Assembly: GCF_032191835.1 (NCBI RefSeq)
Contig: NC_083229.1
Span: 76,632,001 to 76,696,000, forward strand
Direction of reading: 5' to 3'
Source: Heteronotia binoei
Lineage: Eukaryota
Length of the DNA: 64,000 nucleotides
Part shown: piece after piece, positions 58,400 to 64,000 of the stretch
Layout: the number at the start of each line of letters is the position of its first letter
How positions within the stretch are numbered: position 1 is the first letter of the stretch
The notes under the pieces: model-generated
Seen by the model: the letters and a program-made list of their open reading frames with translations, nothing else
What the model was told of the DNA's origin: nothing
The model's database searches: none
Translations under genes and position numbers: made by a program

Positions 58400-59065
58400 G
58401 GTGACCAAAGGGCTCACCCAAGATTGGTAGGCGGCAGACCACCATCTGCCAATGTGCCAGATGGAGGAGAGCATGTAACCCATTGAAACAGCTGTGGAGG
58501 CCGCCCCAATCCGGAGGAATGCGTCCAACATTTGACGCCCTTTAGACCCCCACTTGGCTAGGGCCCTACTTGTAACCATCCAGAACTAATATTTTGTGAG
58601 GGGGGGGCATCATTGCACCAGAGAAAAAAGGGGGGGCCCCCAACGTCACCCCTAAACTGGACGCAGCGACAAACCGTCCTAACCGGACATAATTCTTGTA
58701 TGGAACACTTACAGATCGCAATGACGGATCCCCTCTGCCCCTGGTCGGCCAGACCAGCGAATTGTCAGAACAAGCTGCCTATTAATAATTTAACATCCTC
58801 AGACTGGAGTGCCATCCTAGAATTATCAGCCATAGACTGAACTACCAGCTCGCTTACACTCAAGGCCCCCCCCAAAGGGCTAATGATGGGGCAGCGTGAA
58901 ACAAGGCCCCTCAACAGGAAAGGAACAAACACAGGGCCAACCCCCAAACAACTCGCGAAGGACAGACGGGGACATAGGTTGTCTGTCATCCGCCCACTGG
59001 GCCCGGTCCCAGCCCTCGAGCATCTTCCTAACCCCAACGCCCCGTATACTCAGAACGTCAGCCTT
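58400..59065 (-). pseudogene. Tyrosine recombinase C-terminal remnant
   Basis: VRKMLEGW...RQPMSPSVL; degenerate HSxRIGAAS (AFLRIGAASTA); IGRWWSAAYQ. Confidence 0.8.
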
Positions 59066-59086
59066 CACGGGTATATGCTCCACAGC

Positions 59087-60618
59087 CTATTGAGTGCCGT
59101 CGGGCGAATGGGGCTGGGCCCCCTTTCCCGGTGGCTGCTGCCCGCCACCGCTGCCCCTGGGGCCTTTGCTGCCTGATCTGGAAGTAGATCTGCTGCAGGC
59201 AGAAAGTGTGTGGGCCCCGCTGCAAAGCGGGCACTCATGTCGGAACTTACAAGGTTTCCTGGGGCACGCACCCTTAGATGCGAACTCCCAGCATAACAGC
59301 CGGGTCTGAACTGACTGGCCCGCGGTATCGCGGGCCCCCGAAGAAGACTGTTGTTGCTGCAACCTCTGCACTAGATGGCCGCTGTCAGACCTGTCTCCGG
59401 CATTTGGTTTTGCTGGGGACATCAGCTGTAGCCACAGCTTCTGGTTTATTTGGTCCCACGGCATCCCCGGGTTGACGGCGGCCCTCATACGGAAAGCCTC
59501 GTCGTATTGCAGCCACACTGCACCGACAAAGTCCGTATACGCCCGATAGATGATATCTATATACTGAAAGAGGGCAGACGCCCGAGTCGGCTGCGCTCTC
59601 GCAATGACCCCTGCGTAGATCAACATTCCGGGCAACCAATTTGCCCAGGACCTATCAATCTTTCTATGCTTCAGTTTCTCCTTCTCCTTGTCATCGAGCT
59701 CGTCTTTACTTTTCTTTTCGAGCTCTCTGAAAAGGAGACCGAACACATCCACATACTCCCCGCGGAGAATTTTCTCCCGCGTAGCGGCTGTCAAATGATC
59801 CCCCAAAGGCAAGGAGGTATCGCCATAGGGGAGGATGTGGAAAGGGATGCTAGCATAAGGGTTGGGGGGGTAGAACCACCCACTACCCTGGGCCGCCGGC
59901 CACGCCCCCTGCAAATGAGCCAACTGCTGACCTCCCAAAGGCAAAATGCCTGGAGTAGGCGGGGCAGAAGGGGCCGCGGGCGGTGCCGCAGCGCCCGCCA
60001 ACTGTCCACTTGGAGAAAAAACCTGACTGGGGAGCGGGCTAGCCCCATGAAAGCCCCAAGCCCACGGCTGTACAGGACTCGACTGCTCCATGACTCCCAG
60101 CTGCCCTACACCCCATGCCGCCCCGCCAGGCGCCGCTGGGGGGGGGGAGGAAGTTGAATGGGACCCCACGGCCACCCTTGAACTGGCAGAAGAGGGGGCT
60201 TACCACCATCACCCGAAAAGACACCAGGGCCTCCAGGAGTCTGCTGCACGCCGCTACCAGATGCACCAGCGCCGCCTGCCGCACCAGATGGACCCTCCTC
60301 CGGATCCTCCTCCTGCTCCGGTTCACGTGGTGATTCAGGCTCGGGTGGCCCGCCCTGTAAGGCAGATAAACGTGCGAGCACTTCTGCCTCAAAAGTCAGC
60401 CGTGCCGACCGGCCGGAGGCACGGCGACGCCCCTCCCAAATGGGAGCACCCCTTGCAACCCTGTCTTGTTCCAAGGCGTCCAGTTGACTCATAATGGCGA
60501 GCCTCACCCTCTCACCTTGCCCAGGTTCCTGGACTGGAGTACCCTGCTGACCACGCCCCCGGGGTGGACGGGCGGGCTGTTTACCCTTTGACTTGCCTTG
60601 CCCTTTTTTAGGAGCCAT
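59087..60618 (-). CDS. Ngaro gag-like ORF1 with one frameshift near the G-run at 60138-60147
   Basis: MAPKK start at 60618; PLGDHL...EKILRGEYVD, WLQYDEAFR; CWEFASKGACPRKPCKFRHECPLCSGAHTLSAC. Confidence 0.82.
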
Positions 60619-61347
60619 TATGTGTGCTTCAAACAGCACAGGTCACAAAATTAGCAGTGCTTGCTGCACCAGACACTCAAGGTTCCCTCTGAACTTCCAC
60701 ACCACCAGAGGTGAATGTTAGCAAAAAAAAGGGGGGGTGCCCAATGGAGCATCCCACAATACCCTCAGTCCCAGGCTGAGAGCCTAGCCCAGCCCAAAGT
60801 GGTGTGTGTGTGTGTGGGGGGGCGCCCTAGGAACCACAAACTCCCTGCACCCAAGGGTGTAGAGGAAGGGAGAAGGTGGATGCCTGATGACACCAACCTC
60901 TGTGCCTAGCCACCACCAAGTACCAAAAAGAAGGGAAGGGTCCTGTGGCAGCTCAGGCTGCCTGACCTATTTTATAGTGGAGAATGGCAGAAGGGCTGCA
61001 CTGCAGTAATGCCCCCACCAAACCCTCACCACCAGAAGGCTGAAGGCCTGGCACAGCCCAACGTGGGGTGGGGGTAGGGGCTTAGAAACCACTAACTCCC
61101 TATACCCAGGAGGTGCAGGAAAGGGGAGGGGTGAATAGCTGACTGAAGACACCAGCCTGTACTAAGCCACCACCAGCGCCCAGGAAGAAGGGGGGGGGAG
61201 GCCCTGAGGTAAGGCAGGCTGCCTGTCCCGAGAGGGAGTGGTGGTGGGGGGGGGGGGACAGGAAGCTTATCCGACTCCCAAAATATCCCTCCAAGGCCAG
61301 CCGAACACCAGGGCGCAACACCCCTATCCAGGTGCACTAAATTTTGA

Positions 61348-61478
61348 NNNNNNNNNNNNNNNNNNNNNNNNNNNNNNNNNNNNNNNNNNNNNNNNNNNNN
61401 NNNNNNNNNNNNNNNNNNNNNNNNNNNNNNNNNNNNNNNNNNNNNNNNNNNNNNNNNNNNNNNNNNNNNNNNNNNNNN
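61348..61478. other. Assembly gap (131 N)
   Basis: Run of N. Confidence 1.
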
Positions 61479-61750
61479 CGCCCTCCACTCCGAAGAGTCT
61501 CAGAGCGGCTCACAATCTCCTTTACCTTCCTCCCCCACAACAGACACCCTGTGAGGTGGGTGGGGCTGAGAGGGCTCTCACAGCAGCTGCCCTTTCAAGG
61601 ACAACCTCTGCCAGAGCTATGGCTGACCCAAGGCCATGCCAGCAGGTGCAAGTGGAGGAGTGGGGAATCAAACCTGGTTCTCCCAGATAAGAGTCCGCAC
61701 ACTTAACCACTACACCAAACTGGGCCACTACACTTAACCACTACACCAAA
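61479..61750 (-). mobile_element. Squam3-like SINE inside the Ngaro element, with a duplicated A-box end (61731-61750)
   Basis: Reverse complement of 50326-50568; the 3' end runs into the gap. Confidence 0.88.
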
Positions 61751-62397
61751 GGGGCCTAGGAGTTAACAACGAGGCAACAGCCTCACTGCCGGCCGCCTGC
61801 GAACCGCCCGGTACGCGGGACCGCCGCGCTCTCCCCTCGACTTGAGGGGAAAAAAGGGAAGCTGCTGCAGTCAAGCGAGCCCCACTACCAGAGGCCCAGG
61901 TCTCCTCAGCCGCACGCGCGCTCCTGCCCCGGCCTCCCGGCCACCAACCGCCCCAGGCAAACCAGACTTCCCAACGCTGCTCTGCCTCGCCGGCGCAACA
62001 AAAAAGCTGCCGCTCGCGCCAAACGCCGCCGCATGCGATCAGGAGCCGCACGCGCCCACACAGTCCCCCAGCGTCAATCAGGCCTCGTCTCGGACCCGAT
62101 CAGCACGCGGCTCTCGTCTAGAGAGCCAAAAGGAACTGCATGCTGAGGGGGCGGGGGCCGGGGCTTATATAGCCCCGACTCCACGCCCCAGCAAACACCC
62201 GTATATCGGGTGATTCTGCATCTCCCTCCTTCCGGAGGGGGCAAAGACGGCCCCCAGCCTGAACGCCAGCAAGCCGGCTTGGCTGGGGAGGGGCCGGACC
62301 TTTTCAGCTTTTATTTTTTTAAAAAATAAGTCTTTAGCTTTTCCCCTTGCATAGGTGTAAGGGACAAAGCATATCTTTGCAAGGGAAAGAGCTAGAG

Positions 62398-62896
62398 TAG
62401 GGTTGCCAATCCCCAGGTGGGGGTAGGGGATCCCCCGGTTTGGAGGCCCTTCCCCCACTTCAGGGTCATCAGAAAGTAGGGGGAGGGGAGGGAAATGTCT
62501 GCTGGGAACTCTTATTCCCTATGGGGACTTATTCCCACAGGAAATAATGGAGAATTGATCCGTGGGTATCTGGGGCTCTGGGAGAGCTGTCGTTTGAGGT
62601 AAAGGCACCAAATTTTCAGTATAGCATCCAGTGCCTCCCCCCAAAATAATCTCCAAGTTTCAAAAGGATTGGACTAGAGGGTCCAATTCTATGAGCCCCC
62701 CAAAAAGGTGCCCCTCTCCATTATTTCCTATGGAAGGTGGGCATTCAAAAAGATGTGCGGTCCCTTTAAATGTGATAGCCAGAACTTTGGAGTTCAATGA
62801 TGCTTGTCACACCCTTGCTCCTGGCTCCGCCCCAATGTCTTCTGGCTCCACCCCAAAAGTCCCCAGATGTTTCTTGAATAGGACTTGGCAACTCTA
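62398..62896. mobile_element. Non-autonomous hAT-like element (TAGGGTTGCCA TIR family)
   Basis: TAGGGTTGCCAA...TTGGCAACTCTA; 8-bp flanks AGCTAGAG/TGCTAGAG. Confidence 0.8.
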
Positions 62897-63499
62897 TGCT
62901 AGAGGCTTTTTAAAAAATAAGGAAAACTGGTAATTCAAAGAACCAGCTATGCCTATAGTTTTAATAGTGTATTCTAATGCTGATTTTTAAAACCGTAAAA
63001 GCCCTGGTGGCCAGAGGAGGGAGGTCAGCCACTACTGGAGGACTGGTGCAGAGAAACTGGGGGGAATCTTGCCATGTGGATGTTCTGCTGCTGCTGTACT
63101 CTATCTATCTGCAGCTGCACCAGCAATGGGAAAACTACAAGCCACTGAAGTATTTTTTGCCTACCCTAAGCCAAGCCACTGGTTCATGTTATCTAATACT
63201 ATCTGCTGTACCTAGCTCCCCAGGACTCTTTTTCCAGCCCTTCAGTCCCTTCTAATCAGAGATGCCTGGGACCTCTTACATGCAGATCCTGTGTTCCAAG
63301 TGCACTGTGTATCTCTGTCTTCATAGGTTTGCATGGGAATCACTAAAGAAAAAGTAAAGGGAAAGCATAGTGTGGCATTTCATGCACCAGTATTTTTATC
63401 TTCTTCACACCCAAATGGTCTACACTATAAACATGGTATTTTAGATTCCCCCTATCTGCAGAATAGATGAGCAAGGGTCATACCAAGCTGTACAGAAAC

Positions 63500-63658
63500 C
63501 AGGCCTCAGATTCAGCAGGAGCTCACAGGAGCACAGCTCCTGAACCTTTCTGAGGGTTCCCCCTCCTCCTTCCCACCTTGTCCACTGAATAGTAGGTGCA
63601 GCTGCATAACAATCCCTGGATGAACTCCACCACCTATTTTTCTACAAAACGACCCCTG
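63500..63658. mobile_element. Short hAT-like MITE
   Basis: CAGG...CCTG ends; 8-bp flanks ACAGAAAC/GCAGAAAC. Confidence 0.7.
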
Positions 63659-63922
63659 GCAGAAACATTCACTGCATGGCCTGTAGGCCTTAGGGGTGAT
63701 GAATGAGTGCATGCCAAACCACAACATGACTATTTATTTGCTATCCTGGTAAGCATGCTACAAACAAAAAAAAAAAACCAAAAATGGTTCCCTTCATTTT
63801 CAAAGCTCTGTGTTATTTCCTATTTTCTTCTTTATTCCCCCCTTTCCTTTTTTTAACCTAACCTGAATCTACACTTGGTTGGATATCATGATACTGTTGT
63901 ACTGTAGAAGTGATTTGCAACA

Positions 63923-64000
63923 AGGGTTGCCAAGTCCAATTCAAGAAATATCTGGGGACTTTGGGGGTGGAGCCAGGAGACATTGGGGCGGAGCCAAGAA
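63923..64000. mobile_element. Second copy of the 62398-62896 family, opposite orientation, cut off by the window end
   Basis: AGGGTTGCCAAGTCCAATTCAAGAAA..TCTGGGGACTTTGGGGGTGGAGCCAG is the reverse complement of about 62830-62893. Confidence 0.8.

Larger units (their letters stand above)
56539..62302 (-). mobile_element. Ngaro-type (DIRS order) tyrosine-recombinase retrotransposon, internally deleted
   Basis: Split direct repeats in element order A1 (62302-62120) ... B1 (57703-57298), A2 (57299-57117), spacer, B2 (56945-56539); gag with CCCH/CCHC fingers; YR and SGNH hydrolase remnants; no RT seen. Confidence 0.9.

Overview
This is non-bacterial vertebrate DNA, most likely a squamate reptile and probably a gecko (Sauria-type and Squam3-type SINEs, squamate-style CR1/L2). 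I found no host protein-coding exon; nearly all recognisable content is transposable-element derived. Main components: (1) a full-length L1 (8254-19157, 17-bp TSD) inside a Sauria SINE, itself interrupted by a very young Ty3/Gypsy LTR element (9659-14163, 5-bp TSD, tRNA-Ser(GCT) PBS) whose gag-pol reads through the 3' LTR into L1 ORF1 as one 1654-aa ORF; (2) a short 5'-inverted L1; (3) a DIRS1-type gag remnant; (4) a long L2 beside a CR1 with an inverted internal fragment; (5) a decayed Tf1/sushi-type chromovirus (30708-35614) with an apparent self-priming site; (6) a young, RT-deleted Ngaro-type tyrosine-recombinase element (56539-62302, minus strand, split direct repeats). Best candidate for something undescribed: an ENE-like U-rich internal-loop RNA structure (possible poly(A) triple helix) in the Ngaro 3' end, with an apparently homologous fold in a CR1 3' UTR. 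All alignments, counts and folds were done by eye, and TE family names come from recognition rather than database searches.
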